A DNA stretch of 64,000 nt from an uncultured Candidatus Saccharibacteria bacterium. GTDB lineage: Bacteria > Patescibacteriota > Minisyncoccia > Phycocordibacterales > UBA12088. Location of the stretch: NCBI GenBank assembly GCA_964562615.1, contig CAZLUD010000002.1, positions 153,300 to 217,299 on the forward strand, read 5' to 3'. The position numbers and the translations under genes were made by a program. Below the pieces are notes generated by a model that had not been told where the DNA came from, made no database searches, and worked only from the letters and a program-made list of their open reading frames with translations. Positions 10,501 through 16,437 of the stretch are shown here, in pieces (positions within the stretch are counted from its first letter, which is position 1; each line of letters starts with the position of its first letter).

Positions 10501-11319
10501 CTCGCTCTTTTGCTCATTTACATTAGTAGATGCTCTATTTGAGTATCCATCATAAGAATACCCAGTGATGGTGTAGTCACCAGACTCTATAGAGACAAAC
10601 TCGCTGTGGCTTGTTGGTGATCCTGCTTGTCCAGCAATAAGACGCACAAACGCGGTGCCGTCTTTAAACTCAACAATAGTTCTTCCCGCTTGTGGAGTAA
10701 GTGGACAGCTAGGAGTGTAAAACTCTGTGCTTGGAGTAGTTGGGGTAGTAGGAGTGGTTGGTGTGGTAGGAACATCAATTCGTTCAAATGATGCGCACAC
10801 AGGATACACACTGTTTGGCGAACCATTTTTATCAAAGGTGACATGCTGCGCGCGTAGCATCGCAATATCGTTTTTGAGTACAAATCCAGTTTCAACCACG
10901 GTAGTTTTGGTGTCTTGCTCTACAAAATCAGCAAGGTCTGAAGTACCCTTTGCCCATTGCCAGGTAGACTGTGCTCCACTTTCAAAACCTATCGAATATG
11001 ATTCGCTAGGTTGCTTTGCAGTTTGTGTTCTTCCGGTGTATCCATCAAATGATACTGCGGTGATTTTGTAGGTACCCTTAGGTAGATTTGTTGCGGCACG
11101 TACATACCCGTCCTCGTAGGTTCCGGTTGAAATGAGCTTCTTTGTTGGAAACGTCACTATAGTAGTGTTTGCTCCCGCAACAAGTGGACATGTTGGAACC
11201 GAAAAATCAGACGTTCCAGTCCCTGTCGCAGAAACTCGGTCAGATGAAAGGATCACGCTCACGGCGGATACGACAATCATCAAAGAAAGAAATGCTGATC
11301 CAATAAGTACTCGTTTCAT
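4543..11319 (-). CDS. giant modular cell-surface protein (2258 aa): signal peptide, repeat modules, VPYTG motif, TM helix, long cytoplasmic tail
   Basis: Uninterrupted 6.8 kb ORF with an N-terminal signal peptide (MKRVLIGSAFLSLMIVVSAVSVIL). Architecture is A-A-A-B-B-A-B-B-B-A-SdrD-B-A-B-B-B. It then has CPNGNCGGGGG, a T/P linker, VYLSQVPYTGF, a TM helix (aa 1808-1831) and a 427-aa tail. Confidence 0.85.
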   Translation of the reverse strand: MKRVLIGSAFLSLMIVVSAVSVILSSDRVSATGTGTSDFSVPTCPLVAGANTTIVTFPTKKLISTGTYEDGYVRAATNLPKGTYKITAVSFDGYTGRTQTAKQPSESYSIGFESGAQSTWQWAKGTSDLADFVEQDTKTTVVETGFVLKNDIAMLRAQHVTFDKNGSPNSVYPVCASFERIDVPTTPTTPTTPTTPSTEFYTPSCPLTPQAGRTIVEFKDGTAFVRLIAGQAGSPTSHSEFVSIESGDYTITGYSYDGYSNRASTNVNEQKSEQWYLDIYNGVGNTIATYGPTADLADGVKEASVTANFATNALIGEPIAKITARHATPNTKYNSVVPVCVAFDKKPVAGPTCPLTPSADTTIVNFGTTVLRSDLSQSSAIAGPVAVNLAAGQYDVTLASYDDHTHKVGQVQPNERWFVELNNGVQSNAISDLADSQDYLTQKVNSALTIGSASSVKAVHAAYPDTSSPNSIIPICAAFKKLPDTPKPPTCTMSANPTTISVGGSTTLSWSSTNTKSASIDGGVGSVSTTGTKVVSPTQTTTYTGTFVGTDNSVITCSQTIVVVPLADPICQMTITPSTIVKGGLATLSWTTSNVASASISDGVGQVAVNGSKSVSPSDTTTYIGTFVGTNGKTITCSAKVTVTPPPTSPTCPIAPRDGLTVVPITTNIITANSSQASATVGPFALNLPQGSYRVYLASYDDHTNKPGQVQPNESWELALRSITGSTIVTTSAIADLPDTQDYLVELVNSNLKIDGDVKTGVVTHAAYPNSNPNSIVPICAAFEKLPEPKDPICTLTGFPTTITKGGEVLLSWTSQHALSASLDNNIGSIEVQGSKTVAPTETTTYRATFMGEAGKSVTCVTTIVVNPTPNPVCALSASPSSIQTGGTATLVWTSSNTSSGSIDNGVGSIAVNGSSAVSPTQTTTYTATFIGNEGKTISCSTTITVSPKPEPVCTLTVNPGTITQGGVATLVWTTENASSVTINNGVGSVAVNGSQSVTPSQSTTYTASVTGVNGKVITCSAPIVVLPPPQTPTCPLVGGADKILIDFGDGLIRSDQTKANSEKGPFTTEIPSGIYKVTLASFDEHSAKPGQVQPDEKWFLSFARFGGLISLGTSGTIGDLPDDQNYLSQVVNDRLEVTQTITQVTAKHAAYPNSNPNSIIPICALFERVESLAPAKISGCVYVDANKNKVKDTNDAPIPGTTISLTGTTVSGSAVTKTTTTGADGCYLFDNLEQGTYTVIESQPAGYEDWFDQIGTKGGNDTVNDVFSSIVLAPGDHSERNNFGELRIIPDPICAMSVDKSVIKLGESITLTWNGTNVTSVTIDNGVGSVGASGTKNLSPTTNVTYTGTFVGENGKTITCSAPVVVKQDTLPVCPLSPSQGITIVNLSTGKIRSDQSGSAAETAPVPAELAKGTYKVTLASFDYHTDRTIVTEPKEQWFVKLRDLVGSTIVSTNASPDLADTKDYDVSVVNSELVISQDTKTAVAVHAAYPDASSTNDIVPLCAAFEKLPEPQDPVCAMSVAPSTIKKGESATITWTSQNTFGASIDSGIGAIALNGSKVVSPEVTTEYTGTFTGEKGKTVTCKVTVTVETPIDPPFCTLVASPQTLAKAGDAATLTWTTLRATSISIDKGIGSVTANNSTQVTPTQTTTYTLTATGATGAVVTCQATVTVPNKVPVCEMSITPNRVVEGQNTEVTLSWSGTNVTKTTITPDLNDVSVSGSAKFVANSSKLYTGVFSGEFGTTTCTARIDLQPLCPNGNCGGGGGLNPPRVTIASTTTPPSITPPTDQPLAFVYLSQVPYTGFEAGPLLTFFFWLTVLVVTGIMTHYLIVRQYLHRFIRVAFTRAGEYLDEREVEKMRYVDSPREAATEYPRAPQQEIHNHYAHSHHVSPEEPRYMPAPTHAPRAEAPVTRTNNPPHNLPTGTMQFAAQAQAPAVPADRLWHKEAIADRYLEGVLEKTAYESDVLVSPEGLAQIVAYSDSDEQKARMLLEEMILAAKKLYPREDGWIPLNRERIQALRIATRDIDGARDTRETRRDTEIAHDVPASITTEETVVEAPADTITDKAVEEYAPAAPQASAVASDRFSLERYSRDRDGYHGTNRSTSQNQMPRERFSAHVTPHSEPRHERAVSSSHEGLTTISAIATFISWLAEGKEEKSFNFLRKLAGQGYDAQNFLMQVVTELDDVFKNRIEGGRRANRDLLEVTAIWSNGELEHIIEILSGGVDYTYSHSQTGAKIAIAKVVDFIEKQKGRTFRKGE
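4546..5826 (-). other. predicted cytoplasmic tail of the giant protein (aa 1832-2258)
   Basis: It follows the single TM helix. The TM-proximal flank is rich in Arg/His (VRQYLHRFIRVAFTR). Two helical-looking segments are separated by P/A/R/E-rich, apparently disordered linkers. Confidence 0.5.
5911..5925 (-). other. VPYTG sortase-signal-like motif (aa 1799-1803) immediately before the TM helix
   Basis: Codons gtg ccg tac aca gga read on the minus strand. The position relative to the hydrophobic helix mimics LPXTG-type sorting signals. Confidence 0.45.
6061..11190 (-). repeat. intragenic protein-module repeats: 6 A modules (about 135 aa) and 9 B modules (about 80 aa)
   Basis: A modules: 10780-11190, 10285-10707, 9865-10263, 8956-9366, 7804-8217, 6784-7197. 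B modules: 9385-9849 (x2), 8239-8940 (x3), 7216-7437 (x1), 6061-6768 (x3). Recurrent strings are CPL..TIV, HAAYPNSNPNSIxPICAAFEKLPEP and C..S..P..I..GG.ATL.W.S.N..S.SID.G.G.V...GS..VSP...TTY...F.G..GK..TC. Confidence 0.85.
7462..7788 (-). other. SdrD B-like / Cna-B-type domain inside the giant protein (aa 1178-1286)
   Basis: ISGCVYVDANKNKVKDTNDAPIPGTTISLTG...TGADGCYLFDNLEQGTYTVIESQPAGYE...NNFGE matches the SdrD-B-like pattern (G.V..D.N.N...D......G..V.L......T...G.Y.F..L..G.Y.V). Confidence 0.7.
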
Positions 11320-11402
11320 AATATGTATCGTGTTGTCTACCTGCTAGTAATAGTATTCTACATCCCAATCACCACCAATTGCTGGCAGTTGTCCACTATC
11401 AA

Positions 11403-12167
11403 TTATCTTGAGAGCGGATAACTTCCAACAAAATCTGCCTCTACAATAAATCGGTCTTGCTTTGTACCAAACGAATTGCACGTCGCAAGGGTAAGGCGCT
11501 TTCTGTCATTCGTGAAGTCAACACGAACATCAGACGCCTGATCCATACGCACCGCCACTACCTTGTATATATTTTCCTGAGAGCCGTTCTGCACCTTTAT
11601 AAGTGCCCCCTCAGTAAGCTTGCCAATATTATTAAACGCCTTGAAATTTTGGTTTCTAATATTTGGCAATCCTGATGAATGAGCAAAAATAAACATGTTG
11701 CCATTGTCTATCATGCTTCCTGACCCAGGAAATCGAACCGCTCCATATAGGAGTGCGCTATCAAGGACTTCAATGTCTCTTGAGAGCGGATTTTTAACCG
11801 CTACATCAACACCGATATCATCGATGATGATGCGAGTTGGTTTATCAGCAACCGACACCTTTGCCTCCATTGATGCAACTGGGTCGATATATACCCCTGT
11901 TGTTTGCGCAACTCTTTCAGACGTCTGTGCTGGTGTTGGAGTTGACGCTGTAGCTGGTGGCGCTGCCTCAACAAACGTAACTGGCACAAGACGAGAGCTG
12001 AGGGTTACGGTAACTTCTTCCTCTGGTAGCTGCTCTAAAACTTCCTCAGTAGTAATTGTTGTTTCTTCAACCATTACTAGTTCAGGATAAAAATCAATTT
12101 TAAAGAGCAGTATCCCCAACAACGCAAAAATAAGTGCAAACACTCCGATATATTCAAAGATTCTCAT
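11403..12167 (-). CDS. sortase family transpeptidase (membrane-anchored)
   Basis: TM anchor (IGVFALIFALLGILLF). Catalytic triad context is present: His in MFIFAHSSG, Cys in RLTLATCNSF (tgc at 11478-11480) and Arg in KQDRFIV. Start chosen at MRIFEY (12165-12167), because the longer ORF to 12278 overlaps the divergent gene. Confidence 0.8.
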   Translation of the reverse strand: MRIFEYIGVFALIFALLGILLFKIDFYPELVMVEETTITTEEVLEQLPEEEVTVTLSSRLVPVTFVEAAPPATASTPTPAQTSERVAQTTGVYIDPVASMEAKVSVADKPTRIIIDDIGVDVAVKNPLSRDIEVLDSALLYGAVRFPGSGSMIDNGNMFIFAHSSGLPNIRNQNFKAFNNIGKLTEGALIKVQNGSQENIYKVVAVRMDQASDVRVDFTNDRKRLTLATCNSFGTKQDRFIVEADFVGSYPLSR

Positions 12168-12372
12168 GGTTGATGAGGCGCTTCGAAGATTATCATTAGT
12201 GAGTCTATTACTCATGCAAGTGAGGAGTTCAAAGACCAAAAGCGTGTTGACGCATGGCGACAACAGACTACTAGTCACCCGTATATACTACCCCAGATTA
12301 TTGACAAAGTCAAGTTTCCGTGTCGGTCTTCCTTTGTCAGAAATATACGGGTGGTGGTACCATATATATACT

Positions 12373-13500
12373 ATGCAAACACATTCCCCGAAGCCAAAAT
12401 TACCAAACACCCTTCTTACAAGAGACACTGTAGAAAAAGTAGTACTCTACACCGCAATAACTGGAATTGTAGTACTTGCGATTGCCCTTTTTGGTGCTGC
12501 CTTCATAAAAATCCCTACATCAATTCAAACTGCTGCGGTAGAAATTAGCTCGGTGTTTTATCCTGCAGATACTCGTCTACAACTTTCGCTTGAAAGTAGA
12601 TACGTAGAGAACGGTGTCCCTCTTACCCTTTCATGGAGCGCGCCTGCCACTGATATTCCGGGATCATTTTTGTTTGCTTACAAATGCGCACAGGGGCTTA
12701 CCGTGTTTATGGAAAACAGAGATGGTGAGTACGAACCAATTAATTGCGAACAACCAACCGAACCATTAGTAAGTGGCAATCAAGTACGCATTCGCCTCAC
12801 CTCTACTGAAAACCGTTTTCTTGATGTACCCCTTGCGGTTGCCTTTTACCCTGAAGGCGATCCATCACCACTATTTTTCTCACGTGCGTTAGTAACGGTA
12901 GAAAATCCACGCATTGCATTTAGTCCTTCTTTGAGGCCAGATGGCACTGTTGCAACATCAACTACCCCAGATACACCGACACCGCCTGAGACCACCACGC
13001 CTACCCCACCTGCAAAAAAACCTACCGAGCAAACAACACCGCGACAGGGTGCTAGCACCTCAGAATCATTCCAGATTCCTCGCATCGATGGATCTGCGCA
13101 AACCGCCCCTCGTACCCTCACCGGAAAAAGTGATCTGTCAGTAAAAATAATGAATGTAGGATACATTGACGATGCAACAAAAGGATTTGTTATCACCAAT
13201 ACCGTTGAAAAAAACAATGTCAGCGCAGTTATGTTTGCCGTTGAGAACACAGGTACCAATTCATCAGGTTCGTGGGACTTTGCTGCAATACTTCCTACAA
13301 ATCCTCCTTACATATTTCAATCACCAACACAAAGAGAGCTTCTTCCTGGTGAAAGAATTGAATTCACCATGGGCTTTGACCGAGTAAAGGAAGGCGCATC
13401 TTCAGTTGAAATAAAAATCAATATCGACCCTTCACAAAAAATCTCAGAATCAAACGAGACAAACAACTCTACCATCGCTACGATTGGTATCCGTAACTAA
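12373..13500 (+). CDS. membrane-anchored surface protein with C-terminal CARDB domain (paralog 1)
   Basis: N-terminal TM (VVLYTAITGIVVLAIALFGAAF), a conserved about 170-aa domain, a T/P-rich linker and a CARDB-like end (SDLSVKIMNVGY...DPSQKISESNETNNS). Start taken at MQTHSPK (12373). Confidence 0.7.
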   Translation: MQTHSPKPKLPNTLLTRDTVEKVVLYTAITGIVVLAIALFGAAFIKIPTSIQTAAVEISSVFYPADTRLQLSLESRYVENGVPLTLSWSAPATDIPGSFLFAYKCAQGLTVFMENRDGEYEPINCEQPTEPLVSGNQVRIRLTSTENRFLDVPLAVAFYPEGDPSPLFFSRALVTVENPRIAFSPSLRPDGTVATSTTPDTPTPPETTTPTPPAKKPTEQTTPRQGASTSESFQIPRIDGSAQTAPRTLTGKSDLSVKIMNVGYIDDATKGFVITNTVEKNNVSAVMFAVENTGTNSSGSWDFAAILPTNPPYIFQSPTQRELLPGERIEFTMGFDRVKEGASSVEIKINIDPSQKISESNETNNSTIATIGIRN

Positions 13501-13512
13501 AACAAAAGCATA

Positions 13513-13541
13513 CAAGCCGCTGCGGTAACCGCAGCGGCTTG
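13513..13541. terminator. bidirectional terminator hairpin between convergent genes
   Basis: caagccgctgcgg-taa-ccgcagcggcttg perfect stem, followed by ttt. Confidence 0.7.
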
Positions 13542-13548
13542 TTTAGGC

Positions 13549-13995
13549 TTATGTCTCTGGGCGCTTCTTCCAGCCACAGTAGAAAACCCCAGGGCATGGA
13601 CTTGGCCACTGTTCTAAATAGGGTTTTCGTGAGCAAATTACAGCCTCAATTCCTTCTGGCATTTTTATTTTGTCACCCGCTTCTTCCATTTTGTCCAGAA
13701 AGTCTCGAGGAACGGGACACCACGACCCATCAACAAGTACGTGTTCTTTCCCTAGGGCGTCATACTTAATGACGGTCTGTCGGCATTCACCTCCTTTACC
13801 TCCGTCGCAACATGTTCCTCCCTTCAATGTTTCGAGTTGTTCAACAATACGATCGGCATGCAGTAGGCTGTGACCGAAGCCGTAATCCCCCACGTTCTGT
13901 CCTGGTGGTTTTGGCGTCCATTTTTTCTGATCCGCACCAAAGGAAGCGTCGGGAAAAAATAATACCAATGCACAGAGCGTGACGATCTTTTTCAT
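13549..13995 (-). CDS. small secreted cysteine-rich protein, unknown function
   Basis: Signal peptide MKKIVTLCALVLFFPDASFGA. The mature part carries 9 Cys (GGTCCDGGKGGECR, WCPVP, PCPGVFYCGW). By eye it is more GC-rich than its neighbours. Confidence 0.6.
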   Translation of the reverse strand: MKKIVTLCALVLFFPDASFGADQKKWTPKPPGQNVGDYGFGHSLLHADRIVEQLETLKGGTCCDGGKGGECRQTVIKYDALGKEHVLVDGSWCPVPRDFLDKMEEAGDKIKMPEGIEAVICSRKPYLEQWPSPCPGVFYCGWKKRPET

Positions 13996-14101
13996 AACAC
14001 TCTCCTTTACCTCTACTAAGTGAGGCACTGTACCTTTTATGCCCTCTCATGGTGACATCGTCAAATAGACAAACGCTCTCTCGTATTGTAAAAAGGGGTT
14101 C

Positions 14102-14130
14102 TTGACATTACTAAACGAGCGTGTTACTAT
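14102..14130 (+). promoter_or_regulatory. sigma70-like promoter TTGACA-17-TACTAT for CARDB paralog 2
   Basis: TTGACA at 14102-14107, a 17-nt spacer, TACTAT at 14125-14130. It lies inside the 5' extension of ORF 14102..15364, which argues for the downstream ATG at 14195. Confidence 0.5.
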
Positions 14131-14194
14131 GCTCCCGCATCAAGTAGTCGGTGCACACAGACCAATTATTCGTTTCGTATTATCAGTATTCATT

Positions 14195-15364
14195 ATGAAT
14201 CAGCAATATCAGAATCCGGGAGATGTGCAGGTAACCATCGAGCACCGCTCAAAGGTTGAAAGAGCAATAACACGCGCACTAGCAGTTATCGGCGTCATTG
14301 CCATTGTCGTTATTGTTATATGGGCAGGGCTTATGGTGGTTCGATCACTACCAACCGCAATTACCGCAGTACAAAATGCTGCCGTAGGACTTACTCAGGT
14401 GTTTTCACCAAAGAAAGAAGAGGCTATTAGCCTTTCAATGAGCACGCTTGTTGCTCGATCTGGTGCTCCATACACCATTGCGTGGGGACACACTACTACT
14501 GAGTCAACTGGCACCTATGCCCTTACCTACTCATGTAGAGATGGACTTTCAGTAGAATCACCTAATACTGATGGTACCTACCAGAGCGCATTTTGTGATA
14601 CTCCATTTAACTTTGCACGATCAAATAGCGAGATTCGCATTGTGCCTACATCAACACAAAATAGATACCTTGATGTACCAATGACCATCTCATACTTCCC
14701 TGAAGGAGCATCAACTCCAACAGTACAGAAGACATTCGTCATGACCATTGAGAATCCATCTGTATCGGTAAGTCCAAGTACTACTGGTGGAACAGTAGCA
14801 ACATCAACTGCCGCTACAAGCACACCAGTCACCACACCGACTACAACTACTCGCCCTACTACAGGCACCACACGACCAACGGGGACAACCACCGTTACCC
14901 CAGGCACTCGTACAGACAATACCTACCAAATTCCTGGTACTGGTGGCAGTACTCCTGGAAGCACTACCGCAAAACCTATCAATCCTAACGGAAAGCCTGA
15001 CCTTGCTGTCAACGTACTAGACGTTGGATACATTGACGCTGCTACCAACAAGTTTGTTGCTGCAAGCTCAGTAAACCGAAGTGAGCGAGTAGCAGTACGA
15101 TTTGAAATTGAGAACAAAGGAAACAATGTCTCAGACTCATGGATGTTCAGCGCGATACTTCCTACCTATCCTCCATTTGTATTCCAATCTCAAACGCAAC
15201 AGAAGCTAAATCCTGGTGAGAAGATTGAATACACCCTTGGATTCGATAAGGTAGCAACTGGAAACTCAGTAGATCTAAAAATATTTGCTGACCAGAGCCT
15301 CAAGATTAACGAATCTAATGAGGAGAACAACATCAAGATTGTTACTATCAACATCAGAGACTAG
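14195..15364 (+). CDS. membrane-anchored surface protein with C-terminal CARDB domain (paralog 2)
   Basis: Same architecture as 12373..13500: TM (ALAVIGVIAIVVIVIWAGLMVV), shared blocks (NRYLDVPMTISYFPEG, ENPSVSVSPS), a T/P linker and CARDB (KPDLAVNVLDVGY...DQSLKINESNEENN). Confidence 0.7.
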   Translation: MNQQYQNPGDVQVTIEHRSKVERAITRALAVIGVIAIVVIVIWAGLMVVRSLPTAITAVQNAAVGLTQVFSPKKEEAISLSMSTLVARSGAPYTIAWGHTTTESTGTYALTYSCRDGLSVESPNTDGTYQSAFCDTPFNFARSNSEIRIVPTSTQNRYLDVPMTISYFPEGASTPTVQKTFVMTIENPSVSVSPSTTGGTVATSTAATSTPVTTPTTTTRPTTGTTRPTGTTTVTPGTRTDNTYQIPGTGGSTPGSTTAKPINPNGKPDLAVNVLDVGYIDAATNKFVAASSVNRSERVAVRFEIENKGNNVSDSWMFSAILPTYPPFVFQSQTQQKLNPGEKIEYTLGFDKVATGNSVDLKIFADQSLKINESNEENNIKIVTINIRD

Positions 15365-15395
15365 TAACCGGTATACCCTCCATACCGTAGCCTAG

Positions 15396-15431
15396 AATAG
15401 CGGCAGAATTCATACGAATTCTGCCGCTATT
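15396..15431 (+). terminator. rho-independent terminator after CARDB paralog 2
   Basis: aatagcggcagaattc-ata-cgaattctgccgctatt hairpin. Confidence 0.65.
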
Positions 15432-15459
15432 GACATATACCAACATTGTGTAGTATAAT
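15430..15459 (+). promoter_or_regulatory. promoter TTGACA-18-TATAAT placed 6 nt upstream of ATG 15466 (leaderless configuration)
   Basis: TTGACA at 15430-15435 and TATAAT at 15454-15459, then actggt, then ATG. Confidence 0.55.
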
Positions 15460-15465
15460 ACTGGT

Positions 15466-16122
15466 ATGAATAGAGCAATACCAATGTATAGCGCTACCTA
15501 CATACCGTCATCAAGTGTCTCACAAAAGGAGATAGATGCGATTATTACCCGCGCCACTATCTCGTCAAAGAACGAGCTCAAACACTCTGACGCAGATGAA
15601 AAATCATTTGCAGAACACCTCAACATTGATGAGCTGTACTTGAATGAAGATGCGCTCACTGAGGCTATCCGCTCATGTGAAGAGTCTACCCTTCCCCACG
15701 AATTGGATGACGAGCTATTGATGAGTCATGATGACATGTCAGATGCGTTCGGAAATAAGGTGAGTATCTCTCAAAAAGGCAACCACATCCATCTAAGCGA
15801 TGACGCAAAGCTTGATCTACAAAAAGTCATTCCTCGCTCAAAGCTAGCAACAAAGAGTGTTGCGATGCGAAGTAACCATATCCTTAAAGACTTTGTCGAG
15901 TACTTTGGTGGTAGCGTGTACCAGGGCGCAAAAACAATAAGCACTACACTAAGCGCAGAAGGTCATGCATCAATTGCTCAGCATGCAGAGCGTGTCCAAA
16001 ATCGAAAGCGTGCAAACCTTGGAGAAGATGGCTCAGAAATACATACCTTCCTCATCGGATACCCTCTTGTATTCTTCTTCAATCTTCTTGTCCTTGTCGC
16101 ATTTGGACTCTACCCTGCTTAA
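15466..16122 (+). CDS. hypothetical acidic protein with C-terminal TM anchor
   Basis: 218-aa ORF with a promoter directly upstream. C-terminal hydrophobic helix FLIGYPLVFFFNLLVLVAFGLY. I recognise no family. Confidence 0.55.
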   Translation: MNRAIPMYSATYIPSSSVSQKEIDAIITRATISSKNELKHSDADEKSFAEHLNIDELYLNEDALTEAIRSCEESTLPHELDDELLMSHDDMSDAFGNKVSISQKGNHIHLSDDAKLDLQKVIPRSKLATKSVAMRSNHILKDFVEYFGGSVYQGAKTISTTLSAEGHASIAQHAERVQNRKRANLGEDGSEIHTFLIGYPLVFFFNLLVLVAFGLYPA

Positions 16123-16129
16123 ACAATAC

Positions 16130-16405
16130 TTAGCTAACTAGCGATAAGAAAAATAGCGCCATACCTTCACCTAGTGGAGTAAATACAAACAAAGAAAGTG
16201 GTGTGTAGCCGAGGAGAAATCCAAAGGCACACCACTTTTTTTGATCCATGAGTAGTGAGCCAATAAACACAAGACCAATAATCGCAATAAGAAGGCGTGC
16301 AATCATCGCAGGAAAATCAACCACAGCCATAAGTCCCAAGAGTAACAAAGAGAGAAATATTGCGATAGCTGTCCAAGCAAGCGTGTCCCGGAAAAATCTG
16401 TTCAT
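16130..16405 (-). CDS. small integral membrane protein (about 3 TM), unknown function
   Basis: 91-aa ORF that is almost entirely hydrophobic helices. Confidence 0.5.
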   Translation of the reverse strand: MNRFFRDTLAWTAIAIFLSLLLLGLMAVVDFPAMIARLLIAIIGLVFIGSLLMDQKKWCAFGFLLGYTPLSLFVFTPLGEGMALFFLSLVS

Positions 16406-16437
16406 GGTAGTCGTACTGGGTTGATTACGTAATAAGA

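Noticed and set aside
10727-10775. An apparent short tandem DNA repeat (ggagtagttggggtagtaggagtggttggtgtggtagg).
   Set aside because: It is simply the coding sequence of the PTTPTTPTTPTTP inter-module linker of the giant protein. It is not an independent repeat element.
5276-11347. About 20 plus-strand ORFs of 60-130 aa listed inside the giant minus-strand gene (for example 5665..5994, 7658..7942, 8162..8545, 9689..9997, 10727..11071).
   Set aside because: They are antisense shadows of a continuous 6.8-kb ORF with repetitive T/S/G/V-rich codons. Their products are low-complexity. None has its own start context, and the minus-strand frame has a coherent modular protein architecture.
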